A stretch of 64,000 nucleotides of DNA from Clostridia bacterium (GCA_050872785.1 JBNMHO010000004.1:15432-79431), one strand, 5' to 3'; counted from the first letter of the stretch, positions 10,901 to 20,944 are shown. Notes: a model not told the origin generated them from the sequence alone. Numbers and translations are program-made.

Positions 10901-12923
10901 GAAGTCTGCCTGTGTAATACAAATCTTCCCCGTCAATTAGCCCACTTGACGCAAATGTTAATGTTTGATTGTCCGCATCGCCATAGGTTATTGTTCTTTC
11001 AGTTGGCGTTATTGTCAAAGTTTTTGGGTTTATTTGCACATGGCAAATCATGGTTTTTGACTCATAGAAATCAGCGGAAACTTTTATTACAACTGTGTAT
11101 GGAATGGCGACTCTATTGCCATTTGAGTCCAGCCCCCATTTGACGTCAACTAAGTTTATATCACTCACAAATTCCCCGCCGTCAACACTATACATAATTT
11201 TTGCACCTGTTGGATTTTGAACGGAAACTGTTGGGTTGTGAGCCTTGCCGTCATATTCAGCGATTATATTTTTCTCATCAACAGAAAAATCTATTTCACC
11301 TTTAATCTTGCTTTCAACTACCATAGGAAGAACTGAAACATACTCTTGTATAGTTGTGCCGCCAAGTTTATATTCACCCCAGCCGCTTGTTCCATTGCCG
11401 TTTTTTGTGGTATAAGTTGGGTAAGATATATTTTGTGAGTTGTTGCCAGCATACACACTAGCACCTATTTCCACTTGCATAAAAACTGCAAAATAGTCAC
11501 CAGTCAATTCAATTTCGTCAGCGAGGTCGATGTAATAAAAGCCCGTTTGCTGCGAAACAAATTGATACTCACTGTCCTCTGACACATTGTGATTTCTGAC
11601 CTTTATGCTTTGTGGAAATTTACTTGCCAAGGTTGTTGATAGTGAGTTCAAGTCGCTTTTTGATATTCCACTTGCGATGTAGATATTAAAGTTGCTGGCT
11701 GGGTTGTTTGACCTGTAATAGACAAGTTGTTTATCTTTATTATATTCGCTCGTAATTGTGCTGACTGCTGGCACTTTTATCCTTGAAATATATTGATTTT
11801 GATAAACTTCTCTTTCAAAGACATTGGCAAAGACTGTTTTTGTTTGCGTTTGAATATAACTTATTGCATAATTCGTGCCAGAAAATACACAGAACTGATT
11901 TTTATTGACCGCTCCTTCAACGTCCATTTTATCATAGACGATTATGTCTTCTTCGTTTTCCATTTTGCCAACACGGACAAAACCACAAACATTGTTTTCA
12001 ATAGTCTTGTCGTTATACATAACATAAAAGAAGCCGCCACATCCAAAACTTGTTCCATAGGAGTTTTGGCAAATATATGCACCAACATTGCCTTGACTAT
12101 CCTCAATAGTGTCGTCCCAGCCGACTATTGTAATTAAGTGATTGGTTGAAGATTTGTCAGTGTTGCAATATGTATTTTTAACATTATCAAAATATGACGC
12201 TTGATTCATATAAATTGAGCCAGTGACTGCGCCATAGGTCGTTATATGTTTTTTGATGGAATTTCTAAGGTCAAGGACATTTTGCTTTGCTGTTTTCTCG
12301 TCAACATTGTCGGCATTGTCGTTGAACATAAGTGCAGTTCTTGAAGGAAAATTTATACATTCTTTGGCTTCATATGGAAAATAAATTCTCTCATTGGACG
12401 CAATTTGACTAGCGTAGTAATTTGTGAGGGTTGAACTACTTGACCAATTTTTCTCATTGTTACTTGTTTCCCAATCTTGTTCCTTAGCAGCACCTTTCCC
12501 ACGTGTTAGATATTCATATGCAAACTCAAATGCTCCACCGCCCATATTTGCCCCTGAACGGGCTTCAACACAGATGTAATATGCGACATCAGCTTCGGAA
12601 AAGTTTAGTTCAAGATTTCTGTCCACAACATTTGTCATTCTTAAAGTTGTTTCAAAGGCGGTCAGCGTTCCAAATACCCAGCATATTCCCGCCCCACGTT
12701 GATTGCCCACTCTGTATGGCAGATGTTCGCTTTGCGTGACGTCAATGCCTTCAATGTCAAACAAAGAATAAGACACTGGCAAACTGTCAGCCTCTTGAAC
12801 TACAACTTGATTTTGAGCATAAGTTTCTTTGTTACTTGTAAGTGTAACACCACACAGCAAACAAGAAATGGACAACATGACGCCCAAAATTGTGTATAAC
12901 AATCTGTGTTTGTTCTTTTGCAT
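7983..12923 (-). CDS. Giant cell-surface protein: signal peptide, papain-like (C1) cysteine peptidase domain, MBG-type and Listeria-Bacteroides (Flg_new) repeats, C-terminal TM anchor
   Basis: 1646 aa with an N-terminal hydrophobic signal. GNQRGAGICWVFG (Cys81), NHLITIVGWDD and QNSYGTSFGCGGF match the C1 Cys/His/Asn triad context. There are many repeats of the form Y.G...P.....G.V.GE....G.L.R..GE.VG.Y.I, then repeats of the form GY.F.GW. The C-terminus is ILYIIIGVVAGLSIIGAVVGVLIRKKRHR. Confidence 0.8.
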   Translation of the reverse strand: MQKNKHRLLYTILGVMLSISCLLCGVTLTSNKETYAQNQVVVQEADSLPVSYSLFDIEGIDVTQSEHLPYRVGNQRGAGICWVFGTLTAFETTLRMTNVVDRNLELNFSEADVAYYICVEARSGANMGGGAFEFAYEYLTRGKGAAKEQDWETSNNEKNWSSSSTLTNYYASQIASNERIYFPYEAKECINFPSRTALMFNDNADNVDEKTAKQNVLDLRNSIKKHITTYGAVTGSIYMNQASYFDNVKNTYCNTDKSSTNHLITIVGWDDTIEDSQGNVGAYICQNSYGTSFGCGGFFYVMYNDKTIENNVCGFVRVGKMENEEDIIVYDKMDVEGAVNKNQFCVFSGTNYAISYIQTQTKTVFANVFEREVYQNQYISRIKVPAVSTITSEYNKDKQLVYYRSNNPASNFNIYIASGISKSDLNSLSTTLASKFPQSIKVRNHNVSEDSEYQFVSQQTGFYYIDLADEIELTGDYFAVFMQVEIGASVYAGNNSQNISYPTYTTKNGNGTSGWGEYKLGGTTIQEYVSVLPMVVESKIKGEIDFSVDEKNIIAEYDGKAHNPTVSVQNPTGAKIMYSVDGGEFVSDINLVDVKWGLDSNGNRVAIPYTVVIKVSADFYESKTMICHVQINPKTLTITPTERTITYGDADNQTLTFASSGLIDGEDLYYTGRLQRQPGTNVGKYAITMGDFKLAKRGNFNPSNYTLVFDETKMFTIEPKTLSVSVGTNRKYYGESDPELTYKITGAVNGEVPKGEFYFERPENENVGNYRYSLTSESKLIDNQATGFYANNYTFKITAGSILRINKRIVTLRFDKQFSKSVGEDDPEFSFTLENVLSGEEAKYTGVLSREVGESVGHYKILKGTFAFENGTDGKFLANNYAFKLEEAYFYITNGTLDAYSYVSSKTTTYDATEHFVDIFAGESMSVRYCLGESFVEEESSLEPIGRTHVGKTTLTLKFSMKDYDDSFATVYIEILPAKLYITPKSRQVMSYGDKDYTIDFTYSGNLAGETPNFEGKLAKADGSDVGTYDILLSTLQLADSDTLRKDDYQIELSGDVKFQIQKRELKIVPTKNISKNYGKTDPEFPFVLSNIVEGDEVTYLGRLSRKTGEEVGLYKYTIGSVILADEWTKNYVISEDIDGSFIIFEAIIKIKLLDMTAYYGELDLNFKYEFLDGTEDNFASSDNVKSVIEFICNDANGKPISNTTRKNSTGYTISARSKNPNYIVTATDGIYTIAYRLCIVTFKYLNQIETQQVMQFEKLNSPKINTNVAGYVFVGWQVGSETVDISTYEVTSDVTLVGGYRLITYTITYNSASGEMPVEYRTTFDVTTGTFYLPVPTKNRYEFKGWYNNSSFSGTALEKIEQGTAEDITLYAKWRGENCTISSSQVSEKFKVRGTGNVEYGTNRIFYVDLQSGYSKARFDIKVYLIWADGEREQVYYSVDSYNYIGLNPGDDPVTNLQYSVFVRDSFEVEVENVSINVYKIKYFVGNKLFTTMELQHGLDLPEEMIPEVPEKEHYTQTPAVWDEPVIQNIRNDKTIHAVYTPDVYKVTFKFEDGQTVTEDVTYGTICSTDKLKEIYELKFMEYFEFDVPLDDITEDTTINVKIVSNRKILYIIIGVVAGLSIIGAVVGVLIRKKRHRFNWWSYNK

Positions 12924-12942
12924 AATTTTCCTCTTTTAAATT

Positions 12943-13563
12943 TTATTTTATCATCGACTTAACTTTAAGCAATCTAATTTTGCTTGTTCTTTCTTGTTCG
13001 TCAATTTTCATTGATATATATTTTATCGTTTCCTCAAGTTGTGGAATCATAACAAACTCAAGGGCGTTTACTCGTCTTTTCGTGTGTTCAATTTCAAAAC
13101 TCAAAATTTGACACGTTTTTTCAACCTCCGCAAGTCGCAATAGGTCTGGCATAACTTCATAAAGCATTTGTGTTGGTTTGTCAAAAAGCGAATTGCTACC
13201 CACCATTGAATATGGGCTTGACACGTCAGACTTTGACGCAACAGAAATATTTGGAACAGATATATTCATAAGCGAACGAGTCCCATAATCTGCCGAAAAA
13301 TTTTTAACTGGCAGCATAAAATGCTCCATTGTTTCTGCATTTGAAAGATATGATTTTGCAAAGCAAAAGTTTGAAAATATAAGTCTTAGTTTGCCCTCAA
13401 TTTGTTTTCTTAAAGAGTAGTTTTGTTTGACAAGCAAAGTGTATTTTTTAATCAATTCATCACACTTATCTTTCAGCATTTTATGCCCACGCTTTGCCAC
13501 AACAAGCCTAGATTTAAGCGTTTTGAGTTGTATTCGAGTTGGGTTGACATTCATTCTTGCCAT
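12943..13563 (-). CDS. ntpD: V-type ATP synthase subunit D
   Basis: 206 aa, MARMNVNPTRIQLKTLKSRLVVAKRGHKMLKDK, typical of V/A-ATPase subunit D. Last gene of the ntp operon. Confidence 0.93.
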   Translation of the reverse strand: MARMNVNPTRIQLKTLKSRLVVAKRGHKMLKDKCDELIKKYTLLVKQNYSLRKQIEGKLRLIFSNFCFAKSYLSNAETMEHFMLPVKNFSADYGTRSLMNISVPNISVASKSDVSSPYSMVGSNSLFDKPTQMLYEVMPDLLRLAEVEKTCQILSFEIEHTKRRVNALEFVMIPQLEETIKYISMKIDEQERTSKIRLLKVKSMIK

Positions 13564-13583
13564 TCAAAACATTCTCCTTTTAA

Positions 13584-14951
13584 TTAGTTTTTTGAAAGGT
13601 ATTTTTTGATATGCTCTGGTTTAATTCGTTTTAATTCTTCTTCTGGCAAAATTTTAAGCAATTTCCAGCCTAAATTAAGTGTTTGTTCAATCGTTCTATT
13701 TTCGTCACTGTGTTGTGACACAAACTCTTTTTCAAACTGGGTTGCAAACTGTGCATAAATTTTGTCCGTTTCGCTCAAAGCACCTTCGCCAAGGACTGTT
13801 GCAAGTTCTTTTGCTTCTTTTCCCTTTGCATAACTTGAAAACAGTTGGTTTGCAAGGTCGCTATGATCCTCACGAGTTTTGCCCGCTCCGATGCCTTTGT
13901 CTTTCAGTCTTGAGAGGCTTGGAAGCACATCAATAGGTGGCATAATTCCCTTGTTTTGAAGTTCACGAGAAAGAATTATTTGCCCTTCTGTTATATATCC
14001 CGTTAGGTCTGGAATAGGGTGAGTTTTGTCGTCTTCGGGCATTGTTAAAATTGGAATTTGAGTTATTGACCCCTTTTTATCCTTTATTCTGCCCGCTCTC
14101 TCAAAAAGCGAAGCAAAGTCAGAATACATATATCCAGGATATCCCCGTCTTCCTGGAACTTCCTTTTTGGCGGAAGCAAGTTCTCGCAAGGCTTCAGCGT
14201 AGTTTGTCATGTCTGTTAAAATGCAAAGCACATGCATGCCAAGGTCAAAGGCAAGATATTCTGCACAACTGAGTGCCATTCGTGGCGTTGCAATTCGCTC
14301 TATGGCGGGCTCGTTGGCATAGTTTACAAACATAACAGTTCTTTCAATGGCTCCGCTGTCGCAAAAACTCTTTTTAAAAAATTCAGATTCTTCATATGTT
14401 ATGCCCATTGCACAAAATACAACGGCAAATTTGTCTTGTTTGCCAAGGACTTTTGCTTGACTGGCGATTTGCGCCGACAGACTTGCGTGGCTCAGCCCAC
14501 TCATTGAAAACACTGGCAACTTTTGCCCACGGACAAGGGTGTTAAGCCCGTCTATTGCTGAAATGCCCGTTTGGATAAACTCATTTGGATAATCTCTTGC
14601 TGTTGGGTTTATTGGCTCACCATTTATGTCAATTTGCTTTTGTGGGATAATTTCTGCCCCGCCATCACGAGGTCTGCCCAAGCCGTCAAAAATACGTCCT
14701 AGCATGTCTTCAGAAACATTAAGCCTAAGTCCATGACCCAAAAATCTCACTTTACTTTTGGAAATGGAAAGCCCTTGTGAACTTTCAAACAACTGCACTA
14801 CAGCCTTGTCATTTTCCACTTGAAGAACTTTTCCTAGTCTTGTGCTGTCATTTGATACAATTTCCACCAGTTCATCATATTTTGCCCCTTCAACGCCGTC
14901 AACAAGCATAAGAGGTCCCACAATTTCTTTTATGGTCTTATATTCTTTCAT
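13584..14951 (-). CDS. ntpB: V-type ATP synthase subunit B
   Basis: 455 aa, non-catalytic nucleotide-binding subunit ([23 protein letters not shown]). Confidence 0.95.
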   Translation of the reverse strand: MKEYKTIKEIVGPLMLVDGVEGAKYDELVEIVSNDSTRLGKVLQVENDKAVVQLFESSQGLSISKSKVRFLGHGLRLNVSEDMLGRIFDGLGRPRDGGAEIIPQKQIDINGEPINPTARDYPNEFIQTGISAIDGLNTLVRGQKLPVFSMSGLSHASLSAQIASQAKVLGKQDKFAVVFCAMGITYEESEFFKKSFCDSGAIERTVMFVNYANEPAIERIATPRMALSCAEYLAFDLGMHVLCILTDMTNYAEALRELASAKKEVPGRRGYPGYMYSDFASLFERAGRIKDKKGSITQIPILTMPEDDKTHPIPDLTGYITEGQIILSRELQNKGIMPPIDVLPSLSRLKDKGIGAGKTREDHSDLANQLFSSYAKGKEAKELATVLGEGALSETDKIYAQFATQFEKEFVSQHSDENRTIEQTLNLGWKLLKILPEEELKRIKPEHIKKYLSKN

Positions 14952-16714
14952 ATTTCATCATCTCCCATGCTATACAGTGCTTTAAGTTGACTTAAGAGTT
15001 CTCGTTTTATTATTTCAAACTCACCAAGAGAATTTTCGTCAATATATTTTGCACGTGCGATTTTTTGCTTTGCTCTCATGGACAAAAGTTCGTTTATGCC
15101 AATGCCGTCAGAAATTGCCTTCATGCAACTGTCATAATAAAGTTTTATGACTTCAAGCATTTTGCATTGTTTTTTAAGTGAAGAATAGGTGTCCACTGGG
15201 TCAAAAGCGTTTTGGTGCAAAAAATCTTCCCTTATCATTTTTGCCACATCAAGAGTTAGTCTATCTTTGCTTGAAAGAGAGTCTGCCCCTACGAGTCTTA
15301 TAATTTCAAGAAGCGAACCTTCTTCTTGAAGGATATTCATAACAAAAGCCTTAAGCCCCGCAAAATTTGTAGAAACATTATTTTCAAACCAAGGTGCAAG
15401 TTGAGTGGAGTAAAGCGAATAACTTTGGAGCCAGTCGATTGCTGGGAAGTGTCTTTTGTATGCAAGGCTTGAACTTAGCCCCCAGAAAGTTTTAACAACA
15501 CGCAAAGTTGCTTGCGACACAGGTTCACTTAGGTCACCCCCCGGAGGTGACACCGCTCCAATAACTGTGACAGAGCCTTTTCTGGGTTTTGTCCCAAGGG
15601 TTTCCACAAGCCCTGCTCTTTCATAGAACTCTGCCAGTCTGCTGGACAAATATGCTGGATATCCTTCGTCCCCCGGCATTTCTTCAAGTCGTCCGCTCAT
15701 TTCTCTTAATGCTTCTGCCCAGCGAGATGTGGAGTCTGCCATAAGAGCAACATTATATCCCATATCACGAAAATATTCTGCAATAGTTATTCCAGTGTAA
15801 ATTGACGCTTCCCTTGCAGACACTGGCATATCCGAAGTGTTTGCAATAAGAATTGTTCGTTTTATAAGTGGCTGTTTTGTCTTTGGGTCAAGAAGTGTTG
15901 GAAATTCATTCATAACGTCTGTCATTTCGTTTCCACGTTCGCCGCAGCCAATGTAAACAATGATATCCGCATCAGCCCATTTTGCAAGTTGATGTTGAAC
16001 AATAGTTTTTCCACTGCCGAATGGCCCCGGAACACCCGCAACACCGCCCCTTGCTATTGGGAAAAGTGCATCAATAACCCTTTGACCAGTGACCATTGGC
16101 TCCACAAGTGGAAGCTTTTTTGCATATGGTCTATTTCGTCTTATGGCACACTTTTGAAGCATTTGAATATTAAAAGTCTTGTTTCCATTTTTCAAAACAG
16201 CAACTATGTCGTCAATTTTGAAGTCGCCTTCTTCAATTTTTTCAACAACACCGCTTGCTCCTTGTGGCACGAGAATTTTGTGTCTTATGGCTATTGTTTC
16301 ATCAACATATCCCAGTTCGTCACCGCTTTCAAGACTTTCACCCACTTTGCAAGCTGGATAAAAATGCCAAAATTTTGTCCTATCAAGCGAGTTTGCTTGC
16401 ATGCCACGAACAATTCTATTTCCAAACTTTTCTCTCAGTTCGTCAAGCGGTCTTTGTATGCCGTCAAAAATTCTTCCTACAATGCCAGGCGCAAGTTCCA
16501 CAGACAATGGCTCGCCCGTTGACACAACTTCTTCCCCAACAGAAAGCATTGATGTATCTTCATACACTTGAATGGAGGCTATGCCATTTCTCATTTCTAT
16601 AATTTCGCCCGTAAGCATAAGTTTGCCTATTTTCACCACATCAAAAAGCCGACAATCTTGCATATTATCTGCTTGAACTAGTGGTCCTGACACTTTGACA
16701 ATTTTACCCTTCAT
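14948..16714 (-). CDS. ntpA: V-type ATP synthase catalytic subunit A
   Basis: Walker [27 protein letters not shown] take ATG 16714 ([23 protein letters not shown]) rather than the longer track ORF. Confidence 0.95.
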   Translation of the reverse strand: MKGKIVKVSGPLVQADNMQDCRLFDVVKIGKLMLTGEIIEMRNGIASIQVYEDTSMLSVGEEVVSTGEPLSVELAPGIVGRIFDGIQRPLDELREKFGNRIVRGMQANSLDRTKFWHFYPACKVGESLESGDELGYVDETIAIRHKILVPQGASGVVEKIEEGDFKIDDIVAVLKNGNKTFNIQMLQKCAIRRNRPYAKKLPLVEPMVTGQRVIDALFPIARGGVAGVPGPFGSGKTIVQHQLAKWADADIIVYIGCGERGNEMTDVMNEFPTLLDPKTKQPLIKRTILIANTSDMPVSAREASIYTGITIAEYFRDMGYNVALMADSTSRWAEALREMSGRLEEMPGDEGYPAYLSSRLAEFYERAGLVETLGTKPRKGSVTVIGAVSPPGGDLSEPVSQATLRVVKTFWGLSSSLAYKRHFPAIDWLQSYSLYSTQLAPWFENNVSTNFAGLKAFVMNILQEEGSLLEIIRLVGADSLSSKDRLTLDVAKMIREDFLHQNAFDPVDTYSSLKKQCKMLEVIKLYYDSCMKAISDGIGINELLSMRAKQKIARAKYIDENSLGEFEIIKRELLSQLKALYSMGDDEI

Positions 16715-17036
16715 TTTTCTCCTCCTCAAGCATAATTTTGGCACCAATAGCCCGCTCCATATCCGTCACAATTTTCCCCAGCGCATATGGGTTTTCTTCA
16801 TCTCTGTTTGGCACAACAAGAATAACGGGGTAAGCAGAAGTTCTTGTTTGCTCAATCAAGTCTTCGCACAGTTTTGCATAGTTTATTTGAATTAAAATAA
16901 CTTTGTAGTTTGAAATGAGTTTGCTCAGAGTGGCTCTGATTTTATCTCTCCCCGTTGGAGAAAAAACATCACAGCCAATCGCCTTAAAGAGCATAATCAT
17001 GTCTTTACTCCCCAAAATTGCAATTTTATCTTCCAT
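16704..17036 (-). CDS. V-type ATP synthase subunit F
   Basis: About 110 aa, [25 protein letters not shown], typical of subunit F. Starts 1 nt after the subunit C stop and overlaps ntpA by 11 nt. Confidence 0.85.
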   Translation of the reverse strand: MEDKIAILGSKDMIMLFKAIGCDVFSPTGRDKIRATLSKLISNYKVILIQINYAKLCEDLIEQTRTSAYPVILVVPNRDEENPYALGKIVTDMERAIGAKIMLEEEKNEG

Positions 17037-17037
17037 T

Positions 17038-17973
17038 TCAATCTCCAAGTAGCATTTGCTTTGCCTTATCCGCAATGTTATTTCTAACAAAAAGCAAACA
17101 CATTCTACAGTTTTTAATTTCCGCTAACTTTTTCAAAACATAATACACAAATTGTGCTGGACTATCCATATCAAATCTCAATGGCTCACAATATTTGAGT
17201 AGCAACATATTTTGCTCTTTTTCAAACTTAATAAGCGCCTTATCCTTGCTTTCAAAAACAAGTTCCGCCATATTTTTAAGCAGTTTATTCTCAACCTGCC
17301 CCACACAAAATTTATCTTTTCCAAAAATTCCTTGCAGTGTTTTTTTATTTAAAAACCCACATACAACAAGGCTCTTTTCAAAATTTAATTCATCTTTCGC
17401 CCTAAGGCAAACGGATAAGTTTTGTTTATCACATTCAAGTTTTACAAGGTCACAGAGGAGTCCTTTTTTAAACATTTCTCGCATAATTTTATACTTATTT
17501 TGCTTGAAATATCTATCCAGTTCTTCAGCCCCACTTTCTGGTGTAAAATTCTCAAACAAAGTCTTTATGGCTGCGGCAACGCTTTTTTCAAATATAGAGA
17601 AATCTCTTTTTGCCACAAAACTTGCCATTCTTTTGTTATCACAAAAGTCGTAATTTTGAACATAATTTTCCCAATCTATTCCAACAAGTTGAGCCTTGCA
17701 AATTGTGGATAAATTGTCAGAAATGAGTGGGAAAATGAAGAAATTTTTGACCATTTCATTTGGAGAATCATTTGACACAAATTCAAAGAGTTTTCTCTCT
17801 TCCATATCCAGATACTCGTCAACGTTTGCGTCATCGCTTAGACGGAAGGCATTTCTGAGCAAATTTTCCGCATCTAGAGAATTGCTGCAAGATAGCACAC
17901 TTGCATAGAAATCTTTTGGCAAAAGTCGTGCTTCATTTACGCTTACAACGCCAGATGAATAAAGATAACTCAT
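17038..17973 (-). CDS. ntpC: V-type ATP synthase subunit C (eukaryotic d-type)
   Basis: 311-aa helical protein between the E and F genes, as in the Enterococcus hirae ntp operon. The call rests on position and size. Confidence 0.8.
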   Translation of the reverse strand: MSYLYSSGVVSVNEARLLPKDFYASVLSCSNSLDAENLLRNAFRLSDDANVDEYLDMEERKLFEFVSNDSPNEMVKNFFIFPLISDNLSTICKAQLVGIDWENYVQNYDFCDNKRMASFVAKRDFSIFEKSVAAAIKTLFENFTPESGAEELDRYFKQNKYKIMREMFKKGLLCDLVKLECDKQNLSVCLRAKDELNFEKSLVVCGFLNKKTLQGIFGKDKFCVGQVENKLLKNMAELVFESKDKALIKFEKEQNMLLLKYCEPLRFDMDSPAQFVYYVLKKLAEIKNCRMCLLFVRNNIADKAKQMLLGD

Positions 17974-17996
17974 ATTTCCTCCCGCTTTATCGACTT

Positions 17997-18554
17997 TTAA
18001 AATAACAATTCTGAAATCTCTTTTAAGTTGTTTCCAATATAATCTTCAACAAGTGTTTCAAAAAGCAAATTTTTATCACACTTTTCGCCACACAAAAATA
18101 ATCCCTCTTTTTCGCCTGCTTTAACTTCAAGCGAAAGTTTTTTGACTGACGGAAGCGACAAAATGTCATTTTCTGTTAGGCTATTACATTTCCAAAAAAC
18201 AGTGTCGCCGCTTTCTGCATTTTTCTTCAAAAGACCTTCAAAAAAATTCTTTGCTTGCGTCTTCCCCATGTTGCAAAGTTCCAAAACCGCCTCATTTTTT
18301 ATCTTTTCAAGCAATTTTGTTTTGCTTTTAAGCTCCACTTTCTTACATTCGATTTTGGCACTTACATCTGTGGCAGAAGAAATTTCTTTTTCTTTTTGTT
18401 TCAACCTTTTTGAAGTTTCCCCGCTTTTTTCTTTTTGCCAAGAAAGTTCTTCTCGTTGCATTTTTGCCGCTTGCTTTTCGGCGGCGTCCACGATGTCCTC
18501 TGCTTGAATTTTTGCGTCAGTCAATATTCTATCAACAATCAAATCACCTTGCAT
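17997..18554 (-). CDS. ntpE: V-type ATP synthase subunit E
   Basis: About 185 aa with a charged coiled-coil N-terminus (ILTDAKIQAEDIVDAAEKQAAKM). I prefer ATG 18554 after AAGGGGA over the longer track ORF. Confidence 0.85.
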   Translation of the reverse strand: MQGDLIVDRILTDAKIQAEDIVDAAEKQAAKMQREELSWQKEKSGETSKRLKQKEKEISSATDVSAKIECKKVELKSKTKLLEKIKNEAVLELCNMGKTQAKNFFEGLLKKNAESGDTVFWKCNSLTENDILSLPSVKKLSLEVKAGEKEGLFLCGEKCDKNLLFETLVEDYIGNNLKEISELLF

Positions 18555-18564
18555 ACTTGTCCCC

Positions 18565-19008
18565 TTATGGCAAAAGAAGTAGCGACACGACAAGTGACAA
18601 AATGGCGTAAGTTTCAATCATTGCTGGGAAAAGAATAAGTTTGCCCGACAAAGTGTCTTTTTTAGCAACGGCTTGGATACAACTTGCAGATGTTTTGCCT
18701 TGAAGAACTGGTGTCAAAAGCCCTGTGACAGTTAGTGGAAGTGACGCCAAAAGAATATTTAGCCCCGTTGCAAGACTTATGCCCATTGTGCAACTGCTTG
18801 AAGCAACAATAGCAAACACAAAGCCATAAATACCTTGCGTTGCTGGAAGGACAACAAGCACCAAAAGTTTGCTAAACTTCTTTGAGTCTTCGCTCAAAAC
18901 ACCCGCCGCAGTTTGCCCCGTTTTGGTTAGCCCTATAGCTGACCCCATTCCACACAAAAATACACATAACACAAGCCCCGCTAGTCCAATTACAAATCCC
19001 CATTCCAT
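18565..19008 (-). CDS. ntpK: V-type ATP synthase proteolipid subunit K (four-helix c subunit)
   Basis: 147 aa. LPATQGIYGF, LQGK and AMIETYAIL align with the E. hirae NtpK motifs LPGTQGLYGF, AQGK and AMVETYAIL. Confidence 0.92.
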   Translation of the reverse strand: MEWGFVIGLAGLVLCVFLCGMGSAIGLTKTGQTAAGVLSEDSKKFSKLLVLVVLPATQGIYGFVFAIVASSSCTMGISLATGLNILLASLPLTVTGLLTPVLQGKTSASCIQAVAKKDTLSGKLILFPAMIETYAILSLVVSLLLLP

Positions 19009-19027
19009 AACATTTTTCCTCCTTTAA

Positions 19028-20944
19028 TTATTCGTTATTTCCTGTTATATTTACATACGAGAACCCAGAACCGAATGGCTCAAACAGTTCCCCTTCGCCT
19101 TCATAAAATCTTGAGAAGAACTCTACATATTGAAGCCTTGCGACATGGATATATGCACTAAGACAGCCCATTGAAAGATTGAACCCATGCCCAATTAAAA
19201 GAATTATCGCCCCAACAAGATAGGTTGCCGCACTGCTAAAAAATGGAACAGCCAACTGATTGACAATGCCCGCAATGATTGCACCACTTAACATCAGTCC
19301 AAAAAGTCTTGCATAACTCAAAATATCAGAAAAAATATTGATTATTCCATACACTGCTCCAAAACTTTTTGTAAGACGGTTTATGCCCTTTTGAGTGGCT
19401 ATTAAGCCCACAACACTTATTGTAACTGACGCAATGGCAACATACATGCCAATCATCTTTACTCCCTCAATAAGTCCCGCTATGTCAAGTGCCACAAGCC
19501 CTATGCCTACAAAGAAGCCTTCCCACACAAGTGCCGAAAATATTGCCTCTGCCACTTGTTTTCTTTTTATGAGCAAAATTGCCTTAAGAAGCAGCGACGC
19601 CATAATTTGCACTGCGCCCGCCCCAAGACAAATGCCGAGCATTGCAATAACATCTTTTGTTGGATTCGGCATTATTCTAGGCGGAACAATGCTCCAAACA
19701 TCGCTTCCCACACCAAACATTGAACCAAAGAGTATTCCAAATATTATCGCAAACACCCCACCCGTTGCAAGCACGCCACATAGTTTCTTAAACGACGTTT
19801 CCTTTTTCTGCATTGCTCCGACAAATGTCCCAAACAGAACAAGCACGAAGCCATATCCAATGTCCGCCACAACAAAGCCAAAGAAAAGCGAAAAGAAGAA
19901 AGTCAAAAGTCCATTTGGGTCAAGTTCCCTATAGTTTGGCGAAGAATACATGTTTGTCACAAATTCAAAGTTGCTAACAATTTTGTTGTTTTTAAGAAGT
20001 GTTGACGGCATTTCATTTTTTGGAATTTCCAAAAATTCTTTCTCCATGCAAATTCCAAGTTTGTCCAAACACTTATCCACATAACTGACTTTGTCCTTTG
20101 GCAGATAGCCCTCAAGCACAAAAGTTTGTTTTGTTGAACGAACAAGGTTCTCGGCATCCAACTTTTCCATGCAAAACTTAGTGTGGTCAAGTGATAACTT
20201 AAGGTTTTTGATACTGGACGAAAAGGCTTTCAATTTTTCTTCACAAGCATGAATTTTATTGTTGTTTCTTATTATCTCGTTTTGACATTCGGCAACAAGA
20301 GCCTTGCTTGTTTTGTCATAATCAAACGGACATTTTGAAAACCCAATTTCAGCCAAACTTCTTGATACAACAACGCTTTCAGATTTATGGCAACACACCT
20401 TCAAAACTCTGCCCTCGTCACCGCACACTTCAACAACCGTAAGTGGACAGTCTTTCAAAACTTCTGGCAGTCTTTCGCTATTTCCCTCTGGCAAAAGTCC
20501 CACATAAATATCCACATGTTTTGTGCTTTTGAAATCAGAAAACTTCTCGCTTAAACAAAGATATGGTTCATAGGTCGAACTTCTTGTGACAATTTTCTCA
20601 TTCTCTCGCTTTAATGTACCAATTTCCTTTTGAAGTTCATCAATTTGCTCAAGCGTTTTCTCGCAGTCAAAATTCCCGTTCACAAACTCCTCTGCACTCA
20701 TGTCAAGCGTTTCTTCGTCAATCTTTCCCACGGCGTCTTGCACAACTTCTATCGAACGAGCAATCTTATCATGTAGCGATTGCATATCGCCATATTTTTC
20801 CTCACAAAAGTTGCATGCCGTGCCGTCAATGTTTGTTGTTTTTTTAAGTTCCACACAGCGAGTTCTGAAGAGTTCGTTTAATATCTTTTCTTTATCCATG
20901 GAGAGTGCAACAAGTTTAAGTTTTGACATTTCAACAATAGCCAT
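19028..20944 (-). CDS. ntpI: V-type ATP synthase subunit I (stator a-type)
   Basis: 638 aa with a soluble N-terminal half and a polytopic C-terminal half containing YARLFGLMLSG and AYIHVARLQYVEFF. Confidence 0.92.
   Translation of the reverse strand: MAIVEMSKLKLVALSMDKEKILNELFRTRCVELKKTTNIDGTACNFCEEKYGDMQSLHDKIARSIEVVQDAVGKIDEETLDMSAEEFVNGNFDCEKTLEQIDELQKEIGTLKRENEKIVTRSSTYEPYLCLSEKFSDFKSTKHVDIYVGLLPEGNSERLPEVLKDCPLTVVEVCGDEGRVLKVCCHKSESVVVSRSLAEIGFSKCPFDYDKTSKALVAECQNEIIRNNNKIHACEEKLKAFSSSIKNLKLSLDHTKFCMEKLDAENLVRSTKQTFVLEGYLPKDKVSYVDKCLDKLGICMEKEFLEIPKNEMPSTLLKNNKIVSNFEFVTNMYSSPNYRELDPNGLLTFFFSLFFGFVVADIGYGFVLVLFGTFVGAMQKKETSFKKLCGVLATGGVFAIIFGILFGSMFGVGSDVWSIVPPRIMPNPTKDVIAMLGICLGAGAVQIMASLLLKAILLIKRKQVAEAIFSALVWEGFFVGIGLVALDIAGLIEGVKMIGMYVAIASVTISVVGLIATQKGINRLTKSFGAVYGIINIFSDILSYARLFGLMLSGAIIAGIVNQLAVPFFSSAATYLVGAIILLIGHGFNLSMGCLSAYIHVARLQYVEFFSRFYEGEGELFEPFGSGFSYVNITGNNE

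Noticed and set aside
19395-19934. 179-aa antisense ORF within ntpI. Similar long antisense ORFs lie within por (5095-5610), ntpA (15989-16522), ftsY (55730-56308), topA (51614-52111) and hslV (48799-49266).
   Set aside because: They mirror strongly supported genes on the opposite strand, have low-complexity Ser/Thr/Phe-rich products and no RBS. These are typical shadow ORFs.
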